Shown: positions 1 through 8,683, counted from the stretch's first letter. The stretch: DNA of 64,000 bases from Alphaproteobacteria bacterium (GCA_965232515.1 CBDDPY010000002.1:4480001-4544000); one strand, 5' to 3'. The notes: a model not told the origin generated them from the letters alone. Program-made: numbers and translations.

Positions 1-169
1 CGAAATCGAGGCGCTCCAGAATGAAAAAGAAGAGACGGTGCTCGGGTACAAAGTGCGCGTCTCGCACGCGCGAAAAGAGGGAGCGGATGCGGCAGCCCGT
101 AAGCGAGCGCTTGCTGATGTCATTGTCGGATCAATGAGGGCCGGCACCAATGATACGTCGCCCACCTAG
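1..169 (+). CDS. 3' end of an unidentified protein, partial at window edge
   Basis: Frame open from base 2 (EIEALQNEKEETVLGYKVRVSHARKEG...DTSPT) to TAG at 167-169. Confidence 0.5.
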   Translation, partial: EIEALQNEKEETVLGYKVRVSHARKEGADAAARKRALADVIVGSMRAGTNDTSPT

Positions 170-297
170 GCGCAATGGGCAAGACCAGAGTGACTTTGCG
201 AAATCCCTTGATCGTTCCACGACCAAAAGCACGTTTCGCATTTATCTGTTCGACAAACCCGAGTAACGACAATTCGTGGGTAAATTCGCTGATTTCC

Positions 298-981
298 TTA
301 TGGACGTGGTATCGCCTGTCCATCTGAAAAGTCATAAATCGAATAAATGCGTTCGCCATTCCACTGATATGCAAGGTGCCTTTCTTGACGGCAATTGCTC
401 AAGACCGACGGCCGAAAAACCGCAATGTTCGTGCTATCGAACGCAATTGATCCATCAAAGATAACGCCAAATGAACCGCGTTCCCTCAGTTCCTGTCCGA
501 TTTCTTGGGTGGCCTGCGTATCGGCGAGCAGTGCGCTTCGAGGACCTCGCAGATCATGCAGAGGACCGCTGAGATCCATGTTCAAAACCCGCATTTGAAG
601 CGTCATGGATGCTTCATCGGTGCTGCGGAGGAAGTCTTCGCGTCGGCGCACTGACCATTCAAGAGCGGCAGCAAATGTCGGAGCCGCGAAGCACACGCCA
701 AATGTGCCATCGGTAAAGTAGTCGCCGTTCGGATCAGGATGCGTGAATGGCGCCATAATGAGTGACGATCCCGGACCAGTCACAAGATCATCCGGCCGCA
801 CATAGTTCACCTGCCGCTCGGATTGCCGCACGCGCTCGTTGGTGCGCGTCTCTATGTCTGCCAGGATTTCCCAATCGTCGGGAGGCGCGATTCGCTTGAA
901 GAGATCGGCCGGTGGATATCGTGACGGGATAATGCGCCAGCATGGCCGGTAGGAGATTTCAGTAACGGGTATGACCGACAC
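298..981 (-). CDS. RES-domain toxin family protein (RES/MbcT/ParT-like), active site apparently degenerate
   Basis: WRIIPSRYPP, MAPFTH, DGTFGV, LHDLRG, AVFRP, CRQERHL motifs; directly downstream of an Xre antitoxin. Confidence 0.85.
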   Translation of the reverse strand: MSVIPVTEISYRPCWRIIPSRYPPADLFKRIAPPDDWEILADIETRTNERVRQSERQVNYVRPDDLVTGPGSSLIMAPFTHPDPNGDYFTDGTFGVCFAAPTFAAALEWSVRRREDFLRSTDEASMTLQMRVLNMDLSGPLHDLRGPRSALLADTQATQEIGQELRERGSFGVIFDGSIAFDSTNIAVFRPSVLSNCRQERHLAYQWNGERIYSIYDFSDGQAIPRP

Positions 982-983
982 CG

Positions 984-1397
984 TTATCCTCCACGCTGTG
1001 CATCCAGGTAGCTGCGAACGACAAAGAGATCGGACATGCCACCTGCGAGCATTCGATCGAGAGCCGATTGCCCGTTGAAGATTGACGCACTATTCGGCTT
1101 TCGTGCCCACGCATCTGCTACATCAGCGTCCGGAAATAGAATTTCAAGTGCTCTAAATATACCTAAGAGATAAGAGATCCGGTCAAGGGTGTCTTTGGAG
1201 AGCTGTCCACCTTCCTTTTTCCATTTAAAAAATGTCGACCGGGCGGGTTGTCCAAGAAGTGTCATTTGCTCCTCCGTATTGAGGTTCCACGCTGCGGCAA
1301 TGCCGAAAAACGCCCGAAGGGCGACATCTGATTGCGTATGCGGCTGGGTCGGTGCGGAAGCACTACGGGGCATCCCCGTGTCAGATTCTGATTTCAT
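984..1397 (-). CDS. Xre/MbcA/ParS antitoxin (HTH plus DUF2384)
   Basis: FFGIAAAWNL...LLG.PARSTFFKWK, DTLDRISYLLGI, F.GQSALDRM, VRSYLDAQRGG; GAGGGAG RBS before ATG 1397. Confidence 0.9.
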   Translation of the reverse strand: MKSESDTGMPRSASAPTQPHTQSDVALRAFFGIAAAWNLNTEEQMTLLGQPARSTFFKWKKEGGQLSKDTLDRISYLLGIFRALEILFPDADVADAWARKPNSASIFNGQSALDRMLAGGMSDLFVVRSYLDAQRGG

Positions 1398-1437
1398 GTG
1401 GTCTCCCTCGTCCATAATCGAACTTGACGTCCAGTTT

Positions 1438-1480
1438 TAGTTCGCATATAGACTATCTTGAGTAGTCCAGAATCGGACTA
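1438..1480. promoter_or_regulatory. Two palindromic operator-like sites upstream of the antitoxin
   Basis: TAGTTC-N6-AGACTA at 1438-1455 and perfect TAGTCC-N6-GGACTA at 1463-1480. Confidence 0.55.
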
Positions 1481-1536
1481 TCGGCGAGCATAAGTCTGGA
1501 TGTGCGAGCCTGCAACCTGAACAAATGGAGTCCGCT

Positions 1537-1797
1537 ATGGCAGACCGCCCGGTAAGAAAAACCCACAAGGATCGTGATGGCGACATTCTTGCGCTGTGCA
1601 ACGACGGCTCAGGCTGGTCGCCACGTCAGAAGGCCGATGCAATTCGCGACATCGAATCCCGCACGCACACCTATCACGTGCCGTGGAAAGATGGGCGCAC
1701 TGAGATCCGGGTCGTAAACGGCCCGACGGGGAAATACCTCCGAACGGATCGCGATAATACGGAACGCAACAACCTTGATGATCTTCCTGACTGCTGA
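1537..1797 (+). CDS. DUF3892 family protein
   Basis: KDRDGDI.AL, WSPR.KADAI.DIE, GKYLRTDRD.T..NNLDDLPDC; GGAG RBS. Confidence 0.8.
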   Translation: MADRPVRKTHKDRDGDILALCNDGSGWSPRQKADAIRDIESRTHTYHVPWKDGRTEIRVVNGPTGKYLRTDRDNTERNNLDDLPDC

Positions 1798-1831
1798 TGG
1801 CAGCGTTGATCGCCACATTGGAGAACAGACC

Positions 1832-2080
1832 ATGAGCAAAGATCGAGACCGGACCGTGTACCGCCGTTCAGATGGCGCGTGGGCCAACAAGCGCAACGAT
1901 GCAAGCCGAGCGTCAAGCGTCCATAACACCCAGCGCGAGGCCATCGATGCAGCGCACGGCATGCTGGGAAACCAAGGCGGCGGCGAGCTCACAACCAAGG
2001 GGCTCGACGGTCGGATACGAAGCAAAGACACCATAGCGCCTGGCAACGATCCGAATCCGCCGACGGATACGGAGCACTAG
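1832..2080 (+). CDS. DUF2188 family protein
   Basis: W.NKR..ASRASSVH.TQREAI, GGGEL...G.DGRIRSKDT...GNDPNPP.D; GGAG RBS. Confidence 0.85.
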   Translation: MSKDRDRTVYRRSDGAWANKRNDASRASSVHNTQREAIDAAHGMLGNQGGGELTTKGLDGRIRSKDTIAPGNDPNPPTDTEH

Positions 2081-2121
2081 ACGACGTGATTGGCCGATAC
2101 TAGACGACGTGATTGGCCGAT
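2076..2121. repeat. Perfect 23-bp tandem duplication
   Basis: ACTAGACGACGTGATTGGCCGAT at 2076-2098 and 2099-2121. Confidence 0.95.
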
Positions 2122-2153
2122 AACGGTTTGGAATCAATTCTATACGGTGTCGC

Positions 2154-2606
2154 ATGCCAAATCGCACAGTCCATGATCGAGTCGGAGCTGTCGTCGGCGG
2201 GTTCGCTGCCTACCATTTCGCGTCGGAACAGGAGTCACACCACCGCATGGCCGAGATAGCCGGTGGTGTGCTCGGCGGGTTCGCAGGAAGCCGCCTACCG
2301 GATATCATTGATCCTTCGACACACCCCGGACACCGCAGCCTCGGACACGGTGTGTTGCCGGTCGGGGGCGCCGTTTCGATCGGTGTGCACTACCTCGATT
2401 GGCTCCAGCAGGAACTTCGGACAATTGCGGATGATCATGCGGACGCGGGTCAACGTGCCTCGTCCGAAGGTGTGGCCGCGCTCTACACTATCATCTCACT
2501 CCTGTGCCGATTGCTGGCTGGCGCCGCTGCTGGTGCGATCGCGGGCTATGCGTCGCATCTTCTCCTTGACGCGACTACACACCGCGGACTCCCGCTCATC
2601 AGGTGA
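2154..2606 (+). CDS. Metal-dependent membrane hydrolase (YdjM/DUF457-like)
   Basis: N-terminal H, GSRLPDIID, HRSLGH, GYASHLLLDA motifs with hydrophobic segments. Confidence 0.75.
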   Translation: MPNRTVHDRVGAVVGGFAAYHFASEQESHHRMAEIAGGVLGGFAGSRLPDIIDPSTHPGHRSLGHGVLPVGGAVSIGVHYLDWLQQELRTIADDHADAGQRASSEGVAALYTIISLLCRLLAGAAAGAIAGYASHLLLDATTHRGLPLIR

Positions 2607-3082
2607 TCCACACGCACGACGGCTACGAGCTATCCCCTGAGCCACATCATCTCGCGCAACGCCCAGTACTGATGCGAGCAGGCGTGCCCATCTGCCTTTC
2701 GGCGTAGTGGTGCCGCGTTCCCAGTTTCTGAGCGTTGCCTCGTCAATGCCAAGCTCTGTGCCCAGACGTTTTCTGGAGAGACCACGCAACCGGCGGCATT
2801 TGAGCAATCGTCCTCCGATGGATTGCGGCTCAGAAAACGGGTAGTACCCGATGAACGAAATCAGCCGCGGCATGAAGCGTGCGGCTGGCGCTGTCTTGTT
2901 CTTCTCCCAGTTGCCGATGGTCCATTCGTCGACATGCAAGCGGTCTGCAACATCCTTCTGGTATAGCCCTAAATCAAGCCGCCGCTTCTTAAGGTGGTCG
3001 CCGATGGTGGTGAGTTTAGTCGGGTATGGGGTAGGTTTTCCGCAGATAAGCGTGATTCTGCAAAATGGTAGGAAAGCAATGC
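2496..3082 (-). CDS. Tandem XRE-family HTH protein; 5' end open at the att junction
   Basis: IGDHLKKRRLDLGLYQKDVADRLHVDEWTIGNWE and IGGRLLKCRRLRGLSRKRLGTELGIDEATLRNWE; no in-frame ATG/GTG/TTG between junction and first HTH. Confidence 0.75.
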
Positions 3083-3570
3083 CTCTCTGCCGCTGCGGGC
3101 ATCTCGACGATCCGGCGCTGGCCTGCAACCGGGCGCCGCGCTGCGCCCGGGAATACCAGTCGAAGATCTCCGGCCCGCTGTTCGACCGCATCGACCTGCA
3201 TGTCGACGTGCCGGCCGTCAGCGCCGCCGATCTGACCCTGCCGCCGCCGGCCGAAGGCACGGCGGAAATCGCCGCCCGCGTCGCCACCGCCCGCCAGATC
3301 CAGGCCGACCGCTACGCGCGACTCGCCGGCGGCAGGATCCGCATCAACGCCCATCTCGACGGCGACCTCCTGGAACGTGTCGCCAGCCCCGACGACGCCG
3401 GCCGTCAACTGCTGGCGGAAGCCACCGACGCCATGCGCCTCTCGGCCCGCGGCTACCACCGCGTCCTGCGCGTCGCCCGCACGCTCGCCGACATGGAAGC
3501 CACCGACGCCGTCCGCCGCCCCCACATCGCCGAAGCGCTCAGCTACCGCCGCATTCAGTTGCCGGCTTAG
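3079..3570 (+). pseudogene. comM: C-terminal fragment of ComM/YifB Mg-chelatase-like ATPase, interrupted by the element
   Basis: CRCGHLDD...YQSKISGPLFDRIDL, LSARGYHRVLRVARTLAD, HIAEALSYR; homology starts at the AMNPCxCG motif, here reading AMPLCRCG. Confidence 0.9.
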
Positions 3571-5351
3571 GCGGCGAGCGCCGTGGCGACCTGGTCGAGG
3601 CCGGCGGGCGTGTCGCTGAGCAGCAGGTTGGCGGCCGCCACTTCGAAGGGGCCGTCGTCGAGGCTGAGGGGGTCGCGGGGGCGGAGGCGGTGGTCGATGG
3701 CGAGGCGGGCGAGCAGGAGGCGGCGGGCGTCGCCGGTCTGCTCGGCCATCAATGCGCCTTCGTTCGCCAGCAGCACGGCCGACATGGCGTGGTAGAGGGC
3801 GTCGGACGCCTGGCGGGCGAAGGGCTCGTTTTCGGCGTTTGAGGCGACCTCGCGGGCGTAGCGGACGGCGCGGTCGACGAGCGCCGCGAGTTCGCCGCGG
3901 AACTGGCCGGGGACGCTGTCGGCCTTGTCGAGGGTGTCGTGCAGGGTTTCGCCCAGCGCCTCGTGGGCCATTTCCTTGGGGATGGCGCGCCCGGTGATGT
4001 CGAGGGCGTTGATCGACGAGGTGCCTTCCCAGAGCACGCCGAGATGGGCGTCGCGCACCAGCCGCGCGTTGACCCAGTCCTCGATATAGCCGTTGCCGCC
4101 GCGCGTCTCCATGGCCGCCGTCGCGACCTTGACGTTGTCGCGGGCGGTGCGGAATTTCAGGAGCGGCGTGACGATGCGGAGCGTGCGTTGGGCCAGTTCG
4201 TCGCCGGCGTCGGCGCGGGCCATCACGGCGGCGGCGAAGAGCGCGACGGACAAGGCCTGCTCGGTCGGCAGCATGATCTTCATGAGCTGCCGCCGCATCA
4301 GCGGGTGGTCCACAATGGTCTTGCCGAAGGCGACACGGTTGCGCGCCACCGTCATGGCTTCGTTCAGGCACCGCCGCATCATCGCCGCGGCGCGGACGCC
4401 GTGCGAGATCCGGCTGAGGTTCACCTGGTCCATCATCTGCTTCAGGCCGCGGCTTTCCTCGCCCATCAAATAGGCTTCCGCGCCCTCGAAGCGGACTTCG
4501 CCCGAGGCCATGGAGCGCGAGCCCAGCTTGTCCTTCAGGCGGACGATGCGATAGGCGTTGCGGCTGCCGTCCTCGAGCCGGCGCGGCACCAGGAACAGCG
4601 ACAGGCCGCGGCTGCCGGCGCCCGCGCCGACCGGGCGGGCCAGCATCAGGATCAGGTCGCCGTCGGTGGTCGAGCAGAACCACTTGTCGCCATGGATGCG
4701 CCAGGTCTGGCCGTCGAACCGGGCTTCGACCTCGCAGTTGCCGACATCGGAACCGCCGGCCTGCTCGGTCATGAACTGGGCGCCGGTCCAGATGTCGGGC
4801 CGCTTCTCGGCCAGCATGCGCGGCAGATAACGCTCACGGATCTCGGGTTGGGCGTAGCGGTTGACCAGGATCGCCGTCGTGTCGGTAGCGCTGATCGGGC
4901 ACATCAGGCCGAACTCGGACTGGGCGAAGAGATACTGGATGGCGTATTTCACCACCGGCCCCAGCGGTTTGGACCAGCCCAGCACGCCGCCCAACTGGCT
5001 GATCCGGTTCAGGCCGTAGTCCTCGTAGGCGACGCGCTCCATCTTGCGATAGGACGGGTGATACTCGATCCAGTCCTCGTCGCGGCCGAAACGGTCGCGG
5101 TAATGGAGCTGCGGCTTGTGCCGGTCAGCTTGGCGTGAGAGGTCGTCCAGCACGCCGCCGGCGCGCGCGCCGAGCTCGCGCAGGCGCGGCGCCATATGGG
5201 CGTTGAGATCGGCTGGCAGGTACTGTCCCAGGATCGCCTGCAGGCCCGGATCGATATCGTAGAAATTCTGGCCGTGGCAGTCCGGCGCGATCCAGTCGGC
5301 GCCCTGCTTGTCGCTGGCCGGTTCGGGCTTGGCTGTGGTCATGACGTTCAT
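3567..5351 (-). CDS. Acyl-CoA dehydrogenase, AidB-like
   Basis: GAQFMTEQAGGSDV, GDKWFCS, RLKDKLGSRSMASGE, GGNGYIE, WEGTS. Confidence 0.9.
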   Translation of the reverse strand: MNVMTTAKPEPASDKQGADWIAPDCHGQNFYDIDPGLQAILGQYLPADLNAHMAPRLRELGARAGGVLDDLSRQADRHKPQLHYRDRFGRDEDWIEYHPSYRKMERVAYEDYGLNRISQLGGVLGWSKPLGPVVKYAIQYLFAQSEFGLMCPISATDTTAILVNRYAQPEIRERYLPRMLAEKRPDIWTGAQFMTEQAGGSDVGNCEVEARFDGQTWRIHGDKWFCSTTDGDLILMLARPVGAGAGSRGLSLFLVPRRLEDGSRNAYRIVRLKDKLGSRSMASGEVRFEGAEAYLMGEESRGLKQMMDQVNLSRISHGVRAAAMMRRCLNEAMTVARNRVAFGKTIVDHPLMRRQLMKIMLPTEQALSVALFAAAVMARADAGDELAQRTLRIVTPLLKFRTARDNVKVATAAMETRGGNGYIEDWVNARLVRDAHLGVLWEGTSSINALDITGRAIPKEMAHEALGETLHDTLDKADSVPGQFRGELAALVDRAVRYAREVASNAENEPFARQASDALYHAMSAVLLANEGALMAEQTGDARRLLLARLAIDHRLRPRDPLSLDDGPFEVAAANLLLSDTPAGLDQVATALAA

Positions 5352-5447
5352 GGCGAGTTCCTCGGTTGGACAGGCATTGCGCTGGGCTGGATCCCGATCC
5401 TGCGGTCTATGACGTTGCCGGGCAAACGAGATTTGCGTAAGTTTGAG

Positions 5448-5460
5448 TGAGTTTTACTCA
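5448..5460. promoter_or_regulatory. LysR T-N11-A recognition site
   Basis: Palindrome TGAGT-TTT-ACTCA between the divergent dehydrogenase and LysR genes. Confidence 0.6.
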
Positions 5461-5473
5461 ACCTATGGAAATC

Positions 5474-6373
5474 ATGAGTGACGGACTCCCGCCTCTAAAT
5501 CCGCTGCGGACCTTTGCTTGCGCGGCGCGGCATTTGAGTTTCGTTCATGCAGCCGAGGAGCTGAACGTGACTCCGGGCGCGGTCAGCCGACAGGTCAAGG
5601 CGCTTGAGGACTGGCTCGGCCTCACCCTGTTCCGGCGATCGCATCGGCAGGTGACGCTGACCGAGGCCGGCCGGGGCTATCTCGCCGATGTCGGCGATCC
5701 GTTGCGGCGCATCGCGGCGGCGACGGAGAGACTGCGCCGGCAGGACGCCGAACGGGCGCTGGCGATCTGCTGCTCGCCCACCTTCGCGCTGCGTTGGCTG
5801 GTGCCGCGCTGGGCCCGGTTCTACGACCGGCATCCCGACATCGACCTGCAATTGACGACGTCGCTGCAGCCGGTGGATTTCGAGCGCGACGGTTTCGATG
5901 CCGCCATGCTGGTCGGCGAAGGCGCGGCGACCTGGCCCGGACGGACGGTGGTGCGGCTGTTCGATGTCGAGCTGTTTCCGGTCTGCAGTCCCGCCTTGTG
6001 CGCGGGCACGGCGGCGTTGCGGCGACCAGCCGATCTGGCGCGGCAGACGCTGTTGCACGGGGCGCCGCGGCCGCAGGACTGGCGGCGCTGGCTCGATGCC
6101 GCCGGTGTCGGCGGCATCGATCCGACCGGCGGCATCACCTTCGACAGCCTGAACCTGTCGCTACAGGCCGCGATCGAGGGGCTGGGCGTCGCCATCGCCG
6201 TCGGCGCGCTGGTGCGGGAGGACCTGGCGGCGGGCCGGCTGGTGCAGCCGTTCGGACCGGTGCGCCGTTCCGGCCGGCCGTTCCACCTGGTCTATCCGCC
6301 GCAGCGGGCGCGCGACCGGCGCCTGCGCGCCTTCATCGACTGGCTGCGCGACGAGGCCGGCGGTGAACGCTAA
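5474..6373 (+). CDS. LysR family regulator, GcvA-like
   Basis: LPPLNPLRTF..AARHLSF..AAEELNVTPGAVSRQVKALE. Confidence 0.92.
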   Translation: MSDGLPPLNPLRTFACAARHLSFVHAAEELNVTPGAVSRQVKALEDWLGLTLFRRSHRQVTLTEAGRGYLADVGDPLRRIAAATERLRRQDAERALAICCSPTFALRWLVPRWARFYDRHPDIDLQLTTSLQPVDFERDGFDAAMLVGEGAATWPGRTVVRLFDVELFPVCSPALCAGTAALRRPADLARQTLLHGAPRPQDWRRWLDAAGVGGIDPTGGITFDSLNLSLQAAIEGLGVAIAVGALVREDLAAGRLVQPFGPVRRSGRPFHLVYPPQRARDRRLRAFIDWLRDEAGGER

Positions 6374-7359
6374 GCGTCGGGCTGCGTTGACCGCAGCAGG
6401 GCCGCGTCGGCTTCGGGGCTGGACGGATTGATCGCAAGGCCGGTGCCAAGCTCGAACCCGCCGGGCGTGGTGGTGCCGGGGACCAGACGCAGATACCAGT
6501 GCAGGTGTGGCGCGGACGCCGAATCACCGCCGGCCGACTGGACGGTGAAGTTGTAAGGTGGATCGTCCAGCGCGGTGCGTAGGCGACGCAGGACATCGCG
6601 CAGCGCCGCTGCCAGCGCATCGCATTCACCATCGTCGATGTCGCCGAAGTCGGCGCGATGACGTTTCGGCAGCAGCCAGACCTCGCACGGCGCCGCGGCG
6701 GCGAACGGCACAATGGCGAGGAAGTGGTCGTTCTGCAGCACCACCCGATCGCCCTCGTTCGTTTCCCGTCGCGCCATATCGCAAATGGCGCAGCCGCCGG
6801 TGCGGCGGTGATAGGCACGCAGCCGCCGGCGTTCGGCTGTTACCTCGGGCGGTATGGTCGTCAGCGCCACCGCCTGGGCATGCGGATGTTGCTGCGAGGC
6901 CCCCGCCGCCGCGCCGTAATTGCGGAACAGCAGCGCCAACCGAATGCCGGGCATCGCGGCCAGACGACGGTAGGTCGTGCGATAGGCGGCCATGACATGG
7001 CGCACGTGGTCCGGCGGCATCGTCGCCAGATCGAGGTCATGCCGGGGATGCTCAATAATCACTTCGTGCCGGCCGACGGCGGTGCGTCGTTCGAATGAGC
7101 CGGCGGTCGACGGCGCGTTGGTATCTTCGGCGACGACAGCAAATTTGTTCGGCACAACGCGCACGCGCCAGTCACCGCGGTTGCCCTCCGGCGATTGCCA
7201 GACGATACCCGGCAGCAAATCCTCGTTGCCCGGACAGAACGGGCAGGCCGCATCGGCCGCCGCGAGCCCCTGACCAGGCCGCCGTGCCCGGGCCGGCACG
7301 ACCAGGCTGCTGCGACCCGTTCGGCGATCGTGCCGGATCTCGGGTGGCATCGGTATCAT
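6370..7359 (-). CDS. galT: Galactose-1-phosphate uridylyltransferase family (GalT, HIT superfamily)
   Basis: CPFCPGNE, RVVPNKF, GRHEVIIE, GASQQHPHAQ, GGFELGTG. Confidence 0.85.
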   Translation of the reverse strand: MIPMPPEIRHDRRTGRSSLVVPARARRPGQGLAAADAACPFCPGNEDLLPGIVWQSPEGNRGDWRVRVVPNKFAVVAEDTNAPSTAGSFERRTAVGRHEVIIEHPRHDLDLATMPPDHVRHVMAAYRTTYRRLAAMPGIRLALLFRNYGAAAGASQQHPHAQAVALTTIPPEVTAERRRLRAYHRRTGGCAICDMARRETNEGDRVVLQNDHFLAIVPFAAAAPCEVWLLPKRHRADFGDIDDGECDALAAALRDVLRRLRTALDDPPYNFTVQSAGGDSASAPHLHWYLRLVPGTTTPGGFELGTGLAINPSSPEADAALLRSTQPDA

Positions 7360-7375
7360 ACGAATTCCGCCGAAA

Positions 7376-8683
7376 TCAGAAGGCGGTCCCGTGGAGCCGA
7401 AAGCGGGATTCGATCGAGCCAATCAGGTCCATCTGCTCTTCCATCAGCCGCGTCATCAGGAAGCGCTCGGCGACGGACCGCCGCGCCTTCGCCCCCATCT
7501 GCGTGCGCAGGTCGGGATGCCGCAGCAGATGCACGATGCGCGCCGCCGCCTGCTCGATGCCGTCGACCAGATAGCCGGTCACGCCGTCCTCGATCTGGTG
7601 GCGGATGCCGCCGACATTGCCGCCGATCACCGGCGTGCCCTTCCACATCGCTTCCGTCACGGTCAGGCCGAAGCCCTCGCGGATCGACTTCTGCAGCACC
7701 ACGGCGGCCCGGCGCTGCAGCGCGTTGACCAGCGCCGAATCCTGCACCGAGAGGATGCGAATGCGCTCCTCGGCCGATGCGCAGAGCTTCTCGAACACCT
7801 CCTGGCCCTCGGGATCGTCGGTGGCGACGTTGCCGACCAGGACCAGCGTGCAATCGACCTCGCGACGGGCGATGCGGTAGGCGTCGATCACGCCCTGCGG
7901 GTCCTTCCAGGTATCGAAGCGCGAGACCTGAACCACCAGCGGCAGATCGTCGGGGATGTCGTAGTGCGCCAGCCGGTCGCCGATCTCGTCATCGCTGAGC
8001 GGTTTGTTGGTCGAGGAGAACGGATCGATCGCCGGCATGATGAAGCGCTGCGGCACGCCCAGCGGCTGGGCGTATTCCGGCAGCGAGAGCACGACCGCGT
8101 CGTAGCTTTCGATAAAGCTCGAGAGATAGGTCCAGAGCTCCCGATTCGGGTTCGACAGGTCGACATGGCAGCGCCAGAACCACGGGCTCTTCTTGCGAAA
8201 GTACTTGATCAGCGGCAGCGGCTGCGGGTCGTGCACGAAGACGACGTCATGGTCGAGGTGCAGGCGCACGGCGTTCTCGAACACCACCTCCTCGTAGATC
8301 TCGCGCTTCAGTTCGCTCAAGTTGATGTCGGCGCCCTGCAGCGCGTTGTGCATCTTCTTGGTGATGCTGAAGAAGTCGGGCCGGCCCTGGATCACCCGCC
8401 AGCCGGTGCGCAGACCGGCGGCGTTCGCCAGCAGCGACAGCGAGGACAGGATTTCAGCGACACCGCCGCCGTAATAGGTCGAGTTGATGTGGACGACATG
8501 CAGATCGTTCAGCAATTCGGCCTTTTGCAGGATCCGGTCGACCGTCTCTGCGCCGATATGCGGCTCGTAGTCCTCGACGCGGGTCAGCTCGAATGCCGGT
8601 GTCGTCGGTGCATCGCCGCCCGCCTGCCAGCGGGCGGCGGCGAAGCCGCGGCGCGTCGTCTGCTTGTTCAGGGTGTCATTCAC
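7376..8683 (-). CDS. treT: Trehalose synthase TreT-type GT4 glycosyltransferase
   Basis: HINSTYYGGGVAEIL, TKKMHNALQG, HDPQP, WRCHVD, QVSRFD.WKDP, QKSIREGFGLTVTEAMWK. Confidence 0.85.
   Translation of the reverse strand: MNDTLNKQTTRRGFAAARWQAGGDAPTTPAFELTRVEDYEPHIGAETVDRILQKAELLNDLHVVHINSTYYGGGVAEILSSLSLLANAAGLRTGWRVIQGRPDFFSITKKMHNALQGADINLSELKREIYEEVVFENAVRLHLDHDVVFVHDPQPLPLIKYFRKKSPWFWRCHVDLSNPNRELWTYLSSFIESYDAVVLSLPEYAQPLGVPQRFIMPAIDPFSSTNKPLSDDEIGDRLAHYDIPDDLPLVVQVSRFDTWKDPQGVIDAYRIARREVDCTLVLVGNVATDDPEGQEVFEKLCASAEERIRILSVQDSALVNALQRRAAVVLQKSIREGFGLTVTEAMWKGTPVIGGNVGGIRHQIEDGVTGYLVDGIEQAAARIVHLLRHPDLRTQMGAKARRSVAERFLMTRLMEEQMDLIGSIESRFRLHGTAF

Larger units (their letters stand above)
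1..3087. mobile_element. Right end of an integrative element/genomic island inserted in comM; left end and integrase lie outside the window
   Basis: Visibly lower GC with accessory cargo up to about 3085, then an abrupt switch to high-GC host codon usage exactly where a 5'-truncated comM starts. Confidence 0.8.

Noticed and set aside
2076-2121. 23-bp repeat as a CRISPR remnant
   Set aside because: Two adjacent copies with no spacer and no cas genes.
2851-3078. N-terminal part of ORF 2851-3570 as part of ComM
   Set aside because: It is the antisense of the HTH gene and has no ComM similarity.
3088-3287. GTG 3287 as the true start of the HTH protein
   Set aside because: It lies in antisense comM, has no clear RBS, and the extension is a typical shadow translation.
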